Shown in pieces: positions 33,529-34,901 of a stretch of DNA of 34,901 bases. This stretch comes from Octopus bimaculoides (lineage: Eukaryota). Both the position numbers and the translations under genes were made by a program. Location of the stretch: assembly GCF_001194135.2 (NCBI RefSeq), contig NC_068983.1:67984032-68018932 (forward strand), in the 5' to 3' direction. Within the stretch, counting starts at the first letter, position 1. Each line of letters begins with the position of its first letter. A model generated the notes under the pieces. The model made no database searches. It was not told the origin of the DNA and saw only the letters and a list, made by a program, of their open reading frames with translations.

Positions 33529-33560
<32 letters not shown>

Positions 33561-33595
33561 TTAGTAGTAACCGCATCATCATCAGCAGCTGCAGC

Positions 33596-33644
<49 letters not shown>

Positions 33645-33710
33645 GTAGTAGTAGTAACCGCAGCAGCAGTAATAGTAGTAGTAGTAGTGGTAGTAGTAGT
33701 AGTAGTAGTT
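32820..33710. repeat. Long compound trinucleotide region (CAT/CGT)n, (CAG)n, (TAG)n
   Basis: Direct reading; source of the poly-S/V/A/T pseudo-ORFs. Confidence 0.9.
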
Positions 33711-34169
33711 ATTCGTGCTTCTGAGAACAACTGTCAGGTGTTTCGTTTCTTATATGAAAATGAATTACGTCTTGGAGAGAGAAAAAAAAACAGGTATGAT
33801 GATATTCAAGGTTAATGAATATTGTGTTAAGATACAGCAGCAATATTTACATATCTTGGTATTATTACTATTTTTCTGTATCTTTCTTCCTTGTTGCTAA
33901 ATATGTCAGTGCCTTGACAGAAGTGCTTGCGTATCACTTCGGAGATCATGAACTTGTTTTTAGTTCTCTAATAAAATTTCTTTAATTCGTTTATACACTA
34001 TATTATATTCAATTAGTATTGATGTATCGATTGATGAATATCACTGCAGGTTTTGTCATGAAGACTTTTTATGTCGTGGCGTTGAATTATCTAGTGAGTC
34101 TGCCTAAATATTTGCTATCAAATTTTGGCGCGAGGCCAGCAACTTCTACGGAAGGGGTAAAAGCGAAGT

Positions 34170-34530
34170 TGCTTACTGATCGACTCATCATACCCGTTTG
34201 ATTCCAGGATCGTAAACAAAGAGGAAGAAAAACAAAGAAAATACAATCCCTTCAAATTTGAAATAGGAAGAATTTGGAGCATGAGGACAGAAAAGAGCGT
34301 GCCTTTAATAATTGGTGCGTTGGGACAGTAAGCAAAAATTTAGAAAAATGGCTAAAGGGGATTGGAATAGAATGCTCGGTAGAGCTCCTAGAGAAAGTTT
34401 GTCTCTTAGGGACAGCAAGGATTATCAGGAGGGTTCTAAGCACTTGAAAGACTGCTGAAAACTTGTAGATAATCTGCTACCCACATAAATCGTACCAGGA
34501 ATAAGACCGAATTTGAGCCAAATCAAAATA
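34170..34530 (+). mobile_element. R4/Dong-type element 3' end (REL endonuclease C-terminus plus UTR), second subfamily
   Basis: CLLIDSSYPFDSRIVNKEEEKQRKY..EIGRIW..VPLIIGALG, a frameshift at ~34324, then TVSKNLEKWLKGIGI..LEKVCLLGTARIIRRVLST* (stop 34445-34447), followed by (TAA)n. Confidence 0.88.
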
Positions 34531-34567
34531 ATGATAATAATAATAATAATAATGATAATAATAATAA

Positions 34568-34901
34568 GACCTCAGTATGGCCTGGGTGGACTACCAAAAG
34601 GCTTCCGACAGTGTTCCCCACACGTGGATTCTGGAAACACTAGCCATAAACAAGGTGGCACCAATTATTATAAAATACATAGGGCACTCAATGAACAAAT
34701 GACAGACAGTGCTACAGCTCCAAACAAAAGAGGGACTTGTGAAAACGAAAGCCATCCCCATTAGAAGAGGAATATTCCAGGGAGACACGCTCTCTCCACT
34801 CCTGTTCTGCCTGGCTCTCACACCTTTAACTGAATTGCTAAATAGAACTGGATGTGGTTACAAATGCTACGGAAAAACAGTCAGCCACCTTCTATATATG
34901 G
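34568..34901 (+). mobile_element. R4/Dong-type reverse transcriptase fragment, 5'-truncated, continues past the window end
   Basis: DLSMAWVDYQKASDSVPHTWI..RRGIFQGDTLSPLLFCLALTPL..SHLLYM(D): RT motifs DY.KA.DSVPH, QGD.LSP and YMDD. One in-frame stop. Starts directly after (TAA)n. Confidence 0.92.

Noticed and set aside
32994-33815. Poly-Ser/Val/Ala/Thr/His/Gln ORFs (also 20470-20861, 25250-25528 and 27612-28268)
   Set aside because: Translations of trinucleotide microsatellites, open in several frames and on both strands, with no domain content.
34126-34168. Short family C 3'-end-like patch (ggcgcgaggccagcaact..ggaaggggtaa)
   Set aside because: Too short and diverged to list as a feature; it abuts the R4/Dong fragment.

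Overview
AT-rich, gap-containing eukaryotic genomic DNA made almost entirely of repeats. No intact host gene, rRNA, intact tRNA or CRISPR array is supported. Nearly all ORFs in the supplied track are translations of microsatellites, N-gaps or SINEs; only a few overlap the decayed transposon frames below. The repeat set resembles an Octopus-type cephalopod genome (inference from pattern recognition, not a database search). Contents: (1) about 25 copies or fragments of tRNA-derived SINE-like families, labelled here A-F, which share and swap head, central and tail modules, nest inside each other and carry 7-15 bp TSDs; (2) five fragments of R4/Dong-type REL-endonuclease non-LTR retrotransposons, most sitting in (TAA)n tracts; (3) a decayed RTE-clade LINE fragment and a gag-like LINE ORF1 remnant with a CCHC knuckle; (4) a decayed DD34D mariner with one TIR; (5) a Helentron/HINE-like non-autonomous element; (6) Penelope-type remnants, including a near-complete minimal hammerhead ribozyme motif and a second degenerate one inside a foldback with a perfect 48-bp palindrome; (7) two homologous ~230-bp foldback elements that I cannot assign to a known family; (8) many simple repeats and one minisatellite with palindromic units. 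N-gaps lie at about 5920-5986, 6858-6867, 7903-8315, 10504-10756, 14819-15691, 16416-16563, 26285-27181, 28326-28335 and 33352-33379. Coordinates were read by eye and the ends of old elements are approximate.
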